From the NCBI GenBank assembly GCA_963733095.1, contig CAVTBV010000012.1, positions 224,001 to 288,000 of the forward strand: DNA of 64,000 bases, written 5' to 3'. Source of the stretch: Candidatus Bathyarchaeota archaeon (GTDB lineage: Archaea; Thermoproteota; Bathyarchaeia; Bathyarchaeales; Bathycorpusculaceae). Below the pieces are notes generated by a model. That model saw nothing but the letters and a program-made list of their open reading frames with translations. It did no database searches and was not told where the DNA came from. The position numbers and the translations under genes were made by a program. Positions 1 through 10,610 of the stretch are shown piece after piece; position 1 is the stretch's first letter, and each line of letters opens with the position of its first letter.

Positions 1-2005
1 CTTCCAAGTCATTTTCATTGATAGATAGAACAGAATACATAATTGCACAGGCCGCTCCAAATTCCAAGCCGCTGGTGTCAACCCCATGTTTTTGAGCTAA
101 ATGGATTGTGCCCATTATACGTTCTCCACTTTGAAGTTTTCTGAGAGGATCTCTCCCAACCCTTGAACACTTGTCCTTAAAAGAAGCGCGGCACCGTTTA
201 AGAAAATCTGAAGCTATAGAATTAATGTATTTTTTTGAAGCAGGATTTTCAATTAACAGTGCAGGCACAATTTCACCTTTAATTATGTATTCAGCAAGCT
301 TCGATACTCTTGAATCACCCATACCTTGACCGATGGTTTTATACCCCAGAAGTGCAGAGTACCAAGCTATTATTGCATGTGTTCCATTTGAAAGTTTATT
401 TTTTATTTCTTGCATCGATCTTATGTTGTCAACCGTCACCACCTGTCTTAATCGCTCCAAAAGGGGGCTTCCTTTGCTGGCGTAAATCGGCATTTCAGGT
501 TCACTACTGAATAGGGTAACATTTAGCTTTGATAGTTGGTTAGCAAATTTGGTTACAGACGATACATAGTCAGCAACGTGAATTGTTTGGTAAATTGCTT
601 GGTTTTCGTTTTTTGCGGATTTATGACGTTTAGGGGATTTGTTTTCTGAAAAATAGGCATGTGAAAACTCTAAAACTTCCTCCATTTTCCCAGAATATTC
701 CAAGATACTTTTGTGCATTTTATATAATTCGTTCTGCAAGTTTGAAAGAATAACGTCATCAGGTATTTTTGAAACCATTCTATTGACAACTGTTTCTGTG
801 AAAAATGTGCTTTCAACAATTTTTTTGGCTTTTTCTTCGCCAGCTAACTGGGCAATCACATTCTCAATATGATTTCTTACAAATTTAGCTGAATTAATCT
901 TATTCATGACAATAAGCAACGTTAGGTCTTTACCGCCGCTCTCGTATCTTTCTATCAAGCCCTTAGCAATCATTTTCGCTTGAGACCTAATGGCGTATTC
1001 TGGAAGAGACAACCCTATTATTTGCGCTTTCTTATACATCTCGATTATCTGTTCTTCATCGTTCATATCAATAATTTTTACGTTTGAAATCGTTTGAAAG
1101 TACGCAAGACTCTCGTATTTCACATTATATTTTCCAAGCGCGTTTACCAGTTGACGTTTAAGGCTGTCGTTTGTAGCAGCGATTATTTTACGCGGTCTAG
1201 TATATCCGTCCCAATGAGAAAAAATTTGGGCAAGGTACCCACCGCCCATAGCACCAAACCCGTGTATTCCCACAACTGTGTAACCTACACTCTGTGGAAA
1301 ATGCTCATTAAGGGTCGGTACTGGCATCTTTGGCATCTGCAGAATAAGCTCATCCAAAAAATCAGTCATTTTTTCGTAAGATCGATAAGCCAGCGCCTTA
1401 ACTTCGGAATAGGGTTCTTTTATGTCCTTAATGAAAATCGGTATACCGCCTGCAGCGCTTGCAGATAGAAGACCGTTTTGTGAATCTTCAAAGATAAAGC
1501 AGTTGCTTGGTTCACAGTTTAGTTCGCTTGCTGCTTTAAGGAATATTTCGGGGTTAGGTTTTCCTTTTTCTACATCTTCGCCACATACTACTACGTCGAA
1601 GAATCTGAGTACCCGTGCGTTGAGCAAGTATTCTTCGGCGATTTCTCTTCGGCTTGATGTAGCTAAAGCGATAAGCACTCCATTTTTCTTGAATCGTTCA
1701 AGTAAGTTATATAGACCCCTCTTAATCGGCACCCCATTTTCTCGCACGTACCCTCTTTCCAACGCATCTGCGCGTTCTCTTATTTTTTTATACGGATAGT
1801 CATCACCATAACATTCTTTTGCAAGTTTTTCAGCAGTTACAGCGCTCACTCCAAGAGAATCGTAGAGGATTTGGTCTGAAATTTCTTGTCCAAAGATTTC
1901 CTTAGAAGCCTGTTTAAGCATCTTGAAACGCAGGCGTTCGGTATCAAACATCGTGCCATCCATGTCGAAAATGACAGCATCTAAGGTCTTGTTCTGAAAA
2001 ATCAT
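1..2005 (-). CDS. mtlD: Bifunctional mannitol-1-phosphate dehydrogenase/phosphatase (HAD + MtlD domain), 3' end runs off the window
   Basis: Not in ORF track (no stop in window). Manual translation from ATG 2005 gives MIFQNKTLDAVIFDMDGTMFDTERLRF (HAD motif I), GKPNPEIF, FEDS, then GIHGFGAMGGGYLAQIFSHWDGYTRP and FKDKCSRVGRDPLRKL, matching the recalled Acinetobacter MtlD architecture. Confidence 0.85.
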   Translation of the reverse strand, partial: MIFQNKTLDAVIFDMDGTMFDTERLRFKMLKQASKEIFGQEISDQILYDSLGVSAVTAEKLAKECYGDDYPYKKIRERADALERGYVRENGVPIKRGLYNLLERFKKNGVLIALATSSRREIAEEYLLNARVLRFFDVVVCGEDVEKGKPNPEIFLKAASELNCEPSNCFIFEDSQNGLLSASAAGGIPIFIKDIKEPYSEVKALAYRSYEKMTDFLDELILQMPKMPVPTLNEHFPQSVGYTVVGIHGFGAMGGGYLAQIFSHWDGYTRPRKIIAATNDSLKRQLVNALGKYNVKYESLAYFQTISNVKIIDMNDEEQIIEMYKKAQIIGLSLPEYAIRSQAKMIAKGLIERYESGGKDLTLLIVMNKINSAKFVRNHIENVIAQLAGEEKAKKIVESTFFTETVVNRMVSKIPDDVILSNLQNELYKMHKSILEYSGKMEEVLEFSHAYFSENKSPKRHKSAKNENQAIYQTIHVADYVSSVTKFANQLSKLNVTLFSSEPEMPIYASKGSPLLERLRQVVTVDNIRSMQEIKNKLSNGTHAIIAWYSALLGYKTIGQGMGDSRVSKLAEYIIKGEIVPALLIENPASKKYINSIASDFLKRCRASFKDKCSRVGRDPLRKLQSGERIMGTIHLAQKHGVDTSGLEFGAACAIMYSVLSINENDLE

Positions 2006-2309
2006 TCCTTGTTCCCCTTATTTTCTGTTATACTGTAAAGCTTTTCTTATAAGTTTTTTTACAGAAATTTGCGAAAATAGTCAAATTTTTACGTGAAAAA
2101 ATGTGTGTTTATGCATAGTTTACTAAAATACGCCATCAACAGTGCATCCTTATGAAGAAAAAAGTTTTTAAGGGCGAATTGTTCTGCGAAACAATAGAAG
2201 GAAACCAATCCTTGAAAAATAACGTTTAAGAGGGATTCAGGTCTGTATCGAGTTTTCAAGGGCATTAAAATATCGAAAAGCAGTGCTCAGAAGAACCGTA
2301 GCCAACGAA

Positions 2310-2567
2310 TTAAGCCTGCTCAACAACGTCCATAACGTTGACTGTTGAGGTTATCCATCGCAAGTAAGCGTTCAAAGTTGCCCGCAAGGCAACCGTGTCC
2401 TCTGCCTCAACATTTAACACGAGAAATAAGCCGTCCTCTTCAAGCTTTATGCTGGCGCGTTTGGTTGGTGGGGCGTTGGCTTCAGGCGTTAAAGCGCTAA
2501 GGATAGTGGAGATTTGTTTTTGTGATGCGAACTTTAGACGTATGTTAGCTTTTGTTTTGGCTGACAT
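2310..2567 (-). CDS. pcc1: KEOPS complex subunit Pcc1
   Basis: 85 aa with AEDTVALRATLNAYLRW motif; usual position after rpl37Ae in the exosome superoperon. Confidence 0.85.
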   Translation of the reverse strand: MSAKTKANIRLKFASQKQISTILSALTPEANAPPTKRASIKLEEDGLFLVLNVEAEDTVALRATLNAYLRWITSTVNVMDVVEQA

Positions 2568-2652
2568 TTGAGGGTCCGTATGTTAACAGGATCTCCAAGG
2601 TAATAAACAGAAACTAAAAAATTAACAAAAATTAAAGAAGGAAAAGAAAGGT

Positions 2653-2976
2653 TTACTCAGTGGTTTCTTCTTCAGTTGCCGACTCAACAGCTGTGACAAC
2701 TTGGGTGGTTTCTTCGACTGGCGCACCTTTAGCTGCACGTTTGGCCACAACACCCAGCTTCGTTATAGGTGTGTATGCTCCGCCTGCAAAAGTGTACTCG
2801 CATTTGCTGCATTTCCAGATACCGACGCTTTGGCGTTTAACGCGAGTAAAGCCGCATTGAGGGCATCTGTGGGGCTTCTTGAGTTCAGTGATTACTTTAA
2901 TGTAGCGCTTTCTGACGGTGGAGCCGTAGCGGACTCCTAAACCTCGTGTTGGACCAACTTTCTTCATTTTGGGCAA
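2653..2976 (-). CDS. rpl37ae: 50S ribosomal protein L37Ae (eL43)
   Basis: GVRYGSTVRK, CPQC...GIWKCSKC, FAGGAYTP. Confidence 0.95.
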   Translation of the reverse strand: MPKMKKVGPTRGLGVRYGSTVRKRYIKVITELKKPHRCPQCGFTRVKRQSVGIWKCSKCEYTFAGGAYTPITKLGVVAKRAAKGAPVEETTQVVTAVESATEEETTE

Positions 2977-2984
2977 CTTTTATC

Positions 2985-3776
2985 TCACCAATCTAGTTTC
3001 TTGCGCAGTTCTGCTGCTTTGTCCAGAGCAATCTTTGAGGCTTCTAAAATCTGTTGCGGTGAGAAATAGCCTGACCCGCCCTTTTGTATGGCGCAGATGG
3101 TTCCGTCTTCTTTGGTTGCGAAGGTGATGCGTGAATCCATGACTTGCTCTTCTTCGGCTTGAGGGTCTATTATTAGGTGGTTGTTTATTTTGCCTGTGGT
3201 GACTGTTATAGGGTGGTTTTTTACGGGTAGTGGTGTGTAGCCTTGTTTGATTTTGAGTTCGCCGTCTTTGATTTCGTAGTTGGGCATCTTTGTGTTGAGA
3301 AGTGCAGCCATGGCAGCTAATGCGGCTGCGTCAATCAGGTTTCCATCATGGTTGAGCACGTAAACGTCGACGAAGACTACGAAGACTTTTTTGCCTGGTT
3401 CAATGCAGAGTTTTTCGTTGTCGATGCATTTGGATTCTCTGATGCCTCTGTCGACTACGCGGGCGAGTTCGATGCTGTTTTCGTCTGGTGGTCCTGGTTC
3501 AAAGTGTGGTGAAGCAACGGGAACGAGTTCTGCATTTACGGTTAAGACACCTTCGTTTGGTGTGTCTGGGAAGGGTTCGCCTAATCCTACTTTGACGCCG
3601 ACGAGAATCTCTGTTTTGCCGAGGTAGACTCTTGCGGAGCCTTCAGCTTTCTCGATTAGGCCTTGTTCGATTTTGATTTCGCGGGTATCGAGTAAGCCTC
3701 TGTCGTCTAGGCGTTTGCCTTTCTCGATTAGTTGTTCGATTTGTCTTAGTCTAACTTTTGTTACAAGGGATGACAT
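2985..3776 (-). CDS. rrp42: Exosome complex component Rrp42
   Basis: RNase PH fold; KAEGSA, FEPGPPDENSIELARVVDRGIRES. Confidence 0.95.
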   Translation of the reverse strand: MSSLVTKVRLRQIEQLIEKGKRLDDRGLLDTREIKIEQGLIEKAEGSARVYLGKTEILVGVKVGLGEPFPDTPNEGVLTVNAELVPVASPHFEPGPPDENSIELARVVDRGIRESKCIDNEKLCIEPGKKVFVVFVDVYVLNHDGNLIDAAALAAMAALLNTKMPNYEIKDGELKIKQGYTPLPVKNHPITVTTGKINNHLIIDPQAEEEQVMDSRITFATKEDGTICAIQKGGSGYFSPQQILEASKIALDKAAELRKKLDW

Positions 3777-4510
3777 TATTCTTCAACCTCTTTAACGACC
3801 ATGTATTTGGTCTTTAATGCTTCTTTTTGCATCTCGTAGATTTTCTTGCAGCCTTCCATCGCCATGTTCACGGCTTTTTCGAATTCTGCGGGCTCTAAGA
3901 TTCCGTCCATTTGTAGCAATGTAATTGCGTTTAGGGCAGGCATGTATGCTACTGGAACGTCTGCGGCGCCGAGTTTGTCTTCTGCATCGTATAGGTCAAG
4001 GACAACTGTGTCGTCAACTTTTCCTGCTGCGCATCCTACGACTAAGTCGCGCATTGGAACGCCTGCGTCTGCGATGGCTAGTGCGGCTGCGGTGATGGCT
4101 GCGCATCTTGTTCCTCCGTCGGCTTGCAAGACTTCAACGAAGACGTCAACGCCTGTACGGGGGTATAGTTCAAGGAATAGGGCTGGTTCTAATGATTCTT
4201 TTATGACTTTTGAGAGTTCAACTTCTCTTCGTGATGGTGCAGGGGACTTTCGTTCCTGTACAGAGAAGGGTGCCATGTGGTAGCGAACTTTTAGAACCAT
4301 GCGGTCAGCTTGCATGAGGTGTTTTGGGTGCACTTCTCTTGGACCGAATGCTGCGGCTAAAATCTTGTTTTTACCGTGTTCAATATAGGCTGATCCGTCG
4401 GCGTTTGAGAGTACGCCTACCTGAAGTTTTAAGGGGCGAAGTTCATCCGCTTTTCTACCGTCTAGTCGGATGCCTTTCTTGTCGATTAATTTATCGGGTT
4501 TTTCATTCAA
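3776..4510 (-). CDS. rrp41: Exosome complex exonuclease Rrp41
   Basis: [27 protein letters not shown]. Confidence 0.95.
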   Translation of the reverse strand: MNEKPDKLIDKKGIRLDGRKADELRPLKLQVGVLSNADGSAYIEHGKNKILAAAFGPREVHPKHLMQADRMVLKVRYHMAPFSVQERKSPAPSRREVELSKVIKESLEPALFLELYPRTGVDVFVEVLQADGGTRCAAITAAALAIADAGVPMRDLVVGCAAGKVDDTVVLDLYDAEDKLGAADVPVAYMPALNAITLLQMDGILEPAEFEKAVNMAMEGCKKIYEMQKEALKTKYMVVKEVEE

Positions 4511-5216
4511 CTTTGTTTTCCTCCACTTTACCTATTTTCTTTTCTTTTAGCAACTGTGTTATGCGATCAGTAAGACCGCTTGTGTGGGATTCTGCTTCGA
4601 TTTTTCGAATCACGCTTATGGCAAGTTCCTCTTCTTCTAAGGTTTTGCCTGTGACCAATATGACTCCGTTTAATCCGAGGATGATTTGGCAGTTGGTTTC
4701 TTGTTTAATCATGGAAATCATCGAGCCTTTGCGTCCGATGATCCTAGGAATCTTTGTCGGGGTCACTTGAAGGATTTGGCCTCGAGTAATCTTGCCCAAG
4801 CCGGGTTCGCCGACGGTTAGTTGAGGGTCGTGTGCTCGGTCGAAGGATGCTATTTTGGCAACGATTAAGTCGCCTGCGGTTAAGACTGCTGATAATTCGT
4901 CGTTTTGAGGCTTAAAGGGGCGGCTTAGCACGTCTGATGCACGCAGCATTGCTGTGTAGGGTGCTTTGATGTCGACGGTCCAGCCGTTGAATCCTACTTC
5001 AGTGACTGTTCCAATGACTATGTCACCCATTTTCGGCACGTAAAAAGCCCTAAGTGCAACAACGTTTACTTTTTTATTATCGCTGTCTACGAGTCCAATC
5101 CTTGAGGCATAAATCTTGCCTGCTTCCACATACGTGTTTTCGCCAGGTAAATAGTCGCCTTCAGCGAGCATTTCTCCAGGCGTAACAAGCTGTTTTTTTT
5201 CAAAGAATGTTGGCAT
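4503..5216 (-). CDS. rrp4: Exosome RNA-binding protein Rrp4
   Basis: VTPGE N-terminus, S1 domain, KH motif [11 protein letters not shown]. Confidence 0.95.
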   Translation of the reverse strand: MPTFFEKKQLVTPGEMLAEGDYLPGENTYVEAGKIYASRIGLVDSDNKKVNVVALRAFYVPKMGDIVIGTVTEVGFNGWTVDIKAPYTAMLRASDVLSRPFKPQNDELSAVLTAGDLIVAKIASFDRAHDPQLTVGEPGLGKITRGQILQVTPTKIPRIIGRKGSMISMIKQETNCQIILGLNGVILVTGKTLEEEELAISVIRKIEAESHTSGLTDRITQLLKEKKIGKVEENKVE

Positions 5217-5244
5217 AAAATCACCTATATCATTTTTTCCATTA

Positions 5245-5934
5245 CTAAGAGATTATTTTTGCTTCTCCTGTTCCCTTGGTTGCGTCGCCAAGTTTGTTTA
5301 TCAGCGAAGCATATGATCCTGCGGGTAATTCGAGTTCACCATACCATGAGCCGTCACCGCGCCATTCCTCCCGTTTGATGGTGCCCAAAGTTTTGACCGT
5401 GCCGTAGGCTCTGGCTGCGTATTGCGTGGGAATCTTTACTGCAACTGTGACCTGCTCAATTTTCAGCGGCAAGATTGGTCGGAGCAGTTTAACTATGTCT
5501 TTGGCTTGTTCCTCAATTGGTTTGTATGGATCAATTGGATAGTGAATTTGCTCCATTGCGTTTTCGATGCGTGCTGGCGGATGGGGCAGATTTGTTTTGG
5601 GATCTACTGCTTGATGAGAAATAAAGTCGATAACTTGCCTTTTTTTGTCTTCAACCATTCTGCGTCTTTGGTCGGTTGTCAGTTGCAGGGTTCCTTTTTT
5701 TAGGATTTCATCTGCAATCTTTAACGGGTCAGTTGTCTTGAAGGCTTTTTTCATAGCTTCTTCAGAAACTTTGGTGCCTTTGTTGGCATCTGCGAAAATC
5801 ATTTCAGCGGCTAAAACCTCGGTTATTCCCGCGATTTTGCCGTTTCGGTAGTCGAGCGCTTTTTGGGGCTTAACTAATATTTCAAAATGTTCATTTTCTC
5901 TTGTTAAGCGTGCGACGGTGAACTTTTCGCTCAT
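5245..5934 (-). CDS. sdo1: Ribosome maturation factor SBDS/Sdo1
   Basis: HFEILV, LQLTTDQRR, DPKTNLPHPPARIE. Confidence 0.93.
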   Translation of the reverse strand: MSEKFTVARLTRENEHFEILVKPQKALDYRNGKIAGITEVLAAEMIFADANKGTKVSEEAMKKAFKTTDPLKIADEILKKGTLQLTTDQRRRMVEDKKRQVIDFISHQAVDPKTNLPHPPARIENAMEQIHYPIDPYKPIEEQAKDIVKLLRPILPLKIEQVTVAVKIPTQYAARAYGTVKTLGTIKREEWRGDGSWYGELELPAGSYASLINKLGDATKGTGEAKIIS

Positions 5935-5941
5935 TAGTTTT

Positions 5942-6670
5942 TCACTTGCTTGAACCCAGCTCTTTGATATAACCTTCCACTGTGTTGTCGTTTAACATTT
6001 CCATTTTCTGTGTTGCTGCTGGGATGATTGCGATTTTTATTCTGGCGGGTAGTTGGCGTGCTTCGAGCGCTTTGACTAGGCATTTGACTGTAAGTTTTAT
6101 GCTGTTGTCAAGGGTGAGGTCTTCTTTGTATTCTTCTTTTAGGATACCGAGAACTGTTTCTCTTCCTGCGCCAAGGGCAGTGGCTTTGTATCCACGGTAG
6201 GTTCCGCTTGGGTGGGTACCGAAGACGCGTGTTCCTGTTTTGTCGACTCCGCCGAAGATTATGGAGACTCCGAAGGGTCGGACACCTGCATGCTGCGTGT
6301 ACATCTGCTGGATGTCACATATGCGTTTAGTTACGACTTCCACGTCTATGGGTTCGTCGTATGTTAGTTTGTTGCTTTGAGCATAGATTCTTGCTTGGTC
6401 AATTAGGATTCTTGCGTCGGAACTTAACCCGACAATGGCTGCGCCAATATGATCGTCTACTCGGAAGATTTTCCATGAGTACCCTGCTTCTTCAAGGGGT
6501 TCGATGTTTTCTTCTGAACCGAGAACTAGTCCTTCTGAAGATTGGATGCCTATAATGGTGGCTCCACGGTTCACTAATTCCATCGCGTATTCTACTTGGA
6601 AGAGTCGTCCATCAGGCGAGAAAACGGTAATGGCACGGTCATATGCTCCTGGTGCTGCAAATACAGACAT
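5942..6670 (-). CDS. psmA: Proteasome subunit alpha
   Basis: YDRAITVFSPDGRLFQVEYA signature. Confidence 0.97.
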   Translation of the reverse strand: MSVFAAPGAYDRAITVFSPDGRLFQVEYAMELVNRGATIIGIQSSEGLVLGSEENIEPLEEAGYSWKIFRVDDHIGAAIVGLSSDARILIDQARIYAQSNKLTYDEPIDVEVVTKRICDIQQMYTQHAGVRPFGVSIIFGGVDKTGTRVFGTHPSGTYRGYKATALGAGRETVLGILKEEYKEDLTLDNSIKLTVKCLVKALEARQLPARIKIAIIPAATQKMEMLNDNTVEGYIKELGSSK

Positions 6671-7059
6671 AATGTTAACCTCACTTTACACTATACACTT
6701 TTTCACAGTCTCATATAATAACTACACTAAAAACCTTTCCTATAAAAGCAAAAGCTAAACCAATCATGGTTTAATAGTATTGGCAAGATTCAAACGGCAA
6801 AAGACATAAAGAAACATATTAAGCTATCCAGTTACCAGCGCAAATTCCGCCGACTTAGTGCCAAACGTTAAGCCGCTTCGCTGCCAAACCCAAGGTTTGA
6901 TTATTAATGGTTGCTCGGATAGATGACAAATAACCAGACTAGTTGTTACAAAGTATTAGCGCATGTTACGGATTTTCTCTTTAAACCTGATGTTTGTCAT
7001 TTTATACGCAAACTTAAAAGCAGACTAACCCCTCAAGCGCTAATAGAAGAGGACATGGA

Positions 7060-9156
7060 TTGGCAGTCAACAGAATATTAACGGTCATACTTTGTTCTTT
7101 ATTATGCATCAGTTTGGCAACAGCATTAACAAACTCTATCACTTTTGTCAAGGCACAATCGGTCGGTTGGCAAGCAGACTCAAATCTCACTAAGGGTTTG
7201 CCCCCACTTGGTTGGATAGGCGAGAACTGTCAATGCTTTGTATACAGCCTCAGGGGTGATGGTCAATGGAGCCTAATAATCGGTCGCGCTAATGGTTGGA
7301 CCGTCAACCAATTCCCATTCACGGGGTATGATTGGGATGGGTCAAAATGGGTAAGCGATGACAGTATTGTTCAAGGATTATCCGCATACGCAAACGGAAA
7401 TGATCCTACAGCTGGCTTCAATATAACTGGTGAGGGTACTTATGATATGATAATTGCTGGAAACGCCTACTCAGCAAGTTTAGAACCAATGGCTGGACGC
7501 GGCTGGATAGGATATTCCTGGCATGATTCACATTGGGTAGAGAATCCCAAGTTAATAGAAGGATTGCCAAACTTTAACGAGAACGGTGGTGGAGTTAACT
7601 TTGCAACCCTATCCTACAACCTTACTGGCAGCGGCAAATGGGATTTAGTTGCCGATAATTATGATAATAAGGGATACTTAGGTTTTGAGTGGAACGGAAC
7701 AGGCTGGGGCACTCAAAATAATTTAGTCAACGGTTTACCTTTCAAAGAAGCATTTGGTCCAGATTGTACATTTCCTGTTCCTTGTGTTGCTCAAGGCTTC
7801 GAAGGGGGCACGGTTCTTTTTGTTGGGTTGGCAGGTGGAGTGCATGGTAGTCTGGAATGTTTTAAGTGGAATGGGGCTGGCTGGACTGCTGATGACTCGT
7901 ATTCCTATGGGATTGATAATTTGTTGCCATGGCCAAACACGCCCACGATCGCTTACAATGTGACTGGTAACAATCAATGGGCTTTACTTATTGGCTCAGC
8001 CTCTGGCTTTGTCAATAGAACCGACTATTACAGTGGCTACTACTGGACAGGTAAAACCCCAGTCACAATCTCACCGCTTTCAAAAACGGTAAATTGGGGA
8101 CAACCAGTAACTTACACAGCAACCGTAACGGGAAACACGGCACCCTATACCTATCAATGGTACGTAGATGACCGCTTAGAATACAGTGTCAATTCGTCTT
8201 CCAACACTAATTCTTGGACATATTCACCGACAGTTGACATGACTTCATTTGTCTACGTTAAAGTTACGGATACCAACGGGGTTGTTGCTGAATCAATAAA
8301 ATCGACGTTAACTTCTACTTTAGCCGGCGGTGTGCTGCCAATTGGGGGATTGGGAACTGAACATTCGTCTATTCCCCAGCTTTCTGTTTACTGCAGAAGC
8401 TATACAATTGATGGTGTCTTCAAATTGGATATCACCGGTAACTTAACAGATGCAGGCGGGGGTTTAACAGATCAACCCGTAACGCTCTCGTTTAGTGCTG
8501 ACGGCGGAGGCTCTTGGAGCCAAATCACTACAGTTAACACAGCTACCCTCGGAGACTTTATTGTAACTTGGATACCTTCAGTTACTGGTAATTGCCTCTT
8601 GAAAGCTGATTACCCAGGAAACACAACGTATCTACCAACCAGCACGATAGTCAACTTTGCAACAACCACTACTAATTTGCAGCCGACTCTTTTTGCCATT
8701 CAGACAAACTCTACCATTACAGCGTTCTCAGTCGATCCCACAAGCAAGCAATTGAGCTTTAGCGTTTCTGGACCAGAAGGATCAACTGGATACATCCAAG
8801 TATTTATTTCAAGAACCCTAATCACTGATGCTTCTGAGCTGCAAATTTTGCTTGATGGCGAACCCTTGAACATTGACTCTGCCTCTATAGGTGACGCTTG
8901 GCTTGTAGTTTGCACCTATCATCACAGTACACATTCGGTTTCAATAGACTTGGATTCAAACGTAACAGAAACGGCGTCATCCAATGAAATATTGAAATGG
9001 GTAACTCTGACATCTGTAACAACAATAGCTGCCGCAGTCATCATTGCCGTCACGGTAGTCTTTCGGAAAAGACGAAACAAAAGACTATCATTTAATGTAT
9101 TATTCCACTCCGGTAGCAATCAAATGCCAACCGTTGATTGTTCTGCCACTGTGTAA
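7060..9156 (+). CDS. Secreted membrane-anchored surface protein with repeat (probable beta-propeller) and PKD/Ig-like domains
   Basis: N-terminal signal peptide; repeated G(Y/F)xWxGxxW...GL units; YTYQWY PKD-like motif; C-terminal TM followed by RKRRNK. Confidence 0.7.
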   Translation: MAVNRILTVILCSLLCISLATALTNSITFVKAQSVGWQADSNLTKGLPPLGWIGENCQCFVYSLRGDGQWSLIIGRANGWTVNQFPFTGYDWDGSKWVSDDSIVQGLSAYANGNDPTAGFNITGEGTYDMIIAGNAYSASLEPMAGRGWIGYSWHDSHWVENPKLIEGLPNFNENGGGVNFATLSYNLTGSGKWDLVADNYDNKGYLGFEWNGTGWGTQNNLVNGLPFKEAFGPDCTFPVPCVAQGFEGGTVLFVGLAGGVHGSLECFKWNGAGWTADDSYSYGIDNLLPWPNTPTIAYNVTGNNQWALLIGSASGFVNRTDYYSGYYWTGKTPVTISPLSKTVNWGQPVTYTATVTGNTAPYTYQWYVDDRLEYSVNSSSNTNSWTYSPTVDMTSFVYVKVTDTNGVVAESIKSTLTSTLAGGVLPIGGLGTEHSSIPQLSVYCRSYTIDGVFKLDITGNLTDAGGGLTDQPVTLSFSADGGGSWSQITTVNTATLGDFIVTWIPSVTGNCLLKADYPGNTTYLPTSTIVNFATTTTNLQPTLFAIQTNSTITAFSVDPTSKQLSFSVSGPEGSTGYIQVFISRTLITDASELQILLDGEPLNIDSASIGDAWLVVCTYHHSTHSVSIDLDSNVTETASSNEILKWVTLTSVTTIAAAVIIAVTVVFRKRRNKRLSFNVLFHSGSNQMPTVDCSATV

Positions 9157-9515
9157 ACTGCTCTGCCGTCGTGGAGTTTTGGGTTTCCATAACCGTTCGC
9201 GGGCAATCGGCTTGTTGCCGTTTCTGCTCATCCAGCATTGCCGCGATTTGCTTTTAGAGGGCCCTCAGAAACTCCGACGTCTTTCAGAGCAAAATAAGCT
9301 GAAACTGTATAGAAGAGGATTCTGACTTTGTTAACCTGAAGATACTTGTCGATAAAATAGCGGGGGTTGGTTTAATCTACGCATCAAAAAGTTACTGCCC
9401 ACCATCCAAGAGCAAAACAACCATGTTCAAGTGATCCTCAAGCAACAAAATTAGATCTTGGAGCGTAGCCACGATATTGCTACATCGTGTGTTTAATCAA
9501 GAGCATGCCTACAAG

Positions 9516-9570
9516 TGTTCCAGCTTTGGAACAACCCGTTGATTAACTGTTCCCTGAATAGAACTATAAG
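9516..9570 (+). promoter_or_regulatory. Promoter module: TGTTCCA-N4-TGGAACA palindrome followed by CTGTTCCCTGAATAGAACTATAAG (TATA-like)
   Basis: Homologous module at 17312-17365 (-) in front of another PEF-CTERM gene. Confidence 0.6.
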
Positions 9571-9602
9571 TTAACTTCGTTACTAATTATAACAGGAAGT
9601 CC

Positions 9603-10610
9603 TTGACTTTGATGAAAAAACCAACAAGCACTATCCTAATTCTGCTTTCACTTATAATTTTAGGGACTAATTGCCTTGAACCTGTTTGTGCGCAATCAAC
9701 TAAACCCTCAGAACCAAAGTTTTCTATACAATTCCCAAATGACAGCTCAATACAGATAGTTATAGAAAATCAAGCATTCACTAGCAGTAGCTCTGTTAAC
9801 TCAATAGTTTACTATTATAGAGTCAAAGACCATAACTCATACCAATGGATACGAATGGGTGATTATCAGCTTCAATCTGACTCACAAACTACTCTTATCA
9901 CAATACCACCATACCCATGCGACCTTAGAGATTACCTTTTTCGTCCATCCATGAATAATCCTCTTAACAATAGTACTTTGCTCGATTTTCAAGTTCAAGC
10001 AATAACCGGTTACTATGCTATAACTCAAAAGCCAGGCTACATGCCAGGTATTCCACCTGTAGGACCTGGGGATGGTTATACAGAGATTACTTTTAATGAT
10101 ACAGAATCAAGCGACTGGAGCAACCCAATAACTGTTAACATAGTTGACAAAATTACGTTATCACCAAGTCAAATCTCGTCACTTAATCCAACACCCGGTC
10201 CGACTTCGTTCCAGTTTAATGTTTCAGTTGAAGACAAAACCTACCCGGTTATCGCTGATAGCAACTCAACCGTTACTGATTTAACGTTTAATCCTGCCAC
10301 AAAAGAGCTAAACTTCAAAGCAAACGGACAAACTGGAACAACAGGGTACTGCAGGATCACTATCCCAGCTACCCTTGTAGAGGGAGAACTATCAATCTAC
10401 AAAGATGAAACATTACTGGTAAAAGATGCAGATTACACTCAATCTAACGATGGAACAAACAATATTCTACAAATAAACTACAGTCACAGCACTCATAATT
10501 TCAAGATTGTTGGCACACAAGCAATCCCAGAGCTCCCCATCTTAGGAATCTTGCCTTTGTTTGTAATCATGTCCTTGATAACAACCAAAGTTCTAAGGAG
10601 AAGAATGTGA
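9603..10610 (+). CDS. Surface protein with PEF-CTERM-like sorting signal
   Basis: Signal peptide; SSDWS motif; PT linker; C-terminal IPEL + TM + RRR. Confidence 0.75.
   Translation: MTLMKKPTSTILILLSLIILGTNCLEPVCAQSTKPSEPKFSIQFPNDSSIQIVIENQAFTSSSSVNSIVYYYRVKDHNSYQWIRMGDYQLQSDSQTTLITIPPYPCDLRDYLFRPSMNNPLNNSTLLDFQVQAITGYYAITQKPGYMPGIPPVGPGDGYTEITFNDTESSDWSNPITVNIVDKITLSPSQISSLNPTPGPTSFQFNVSVEDKTYPVIADSNSTVTDLTFNPATKELNFKANGQTGTTGYCRITIPATLVEGELSIYKDETLLVKDADYTQSNDGTNNILQINYSHSTHNFKIVGTQAIPELPILGILPLFVIMSLITTKVLRRRM

Noticed and set aside
310-1799. Plus-strand ORFs 310-510, 1094-1468, 1422-1799 (and similar shadow ORFs across the window)
   Set aside because: Antisense to well-supported genes such as mtlD; no motifs
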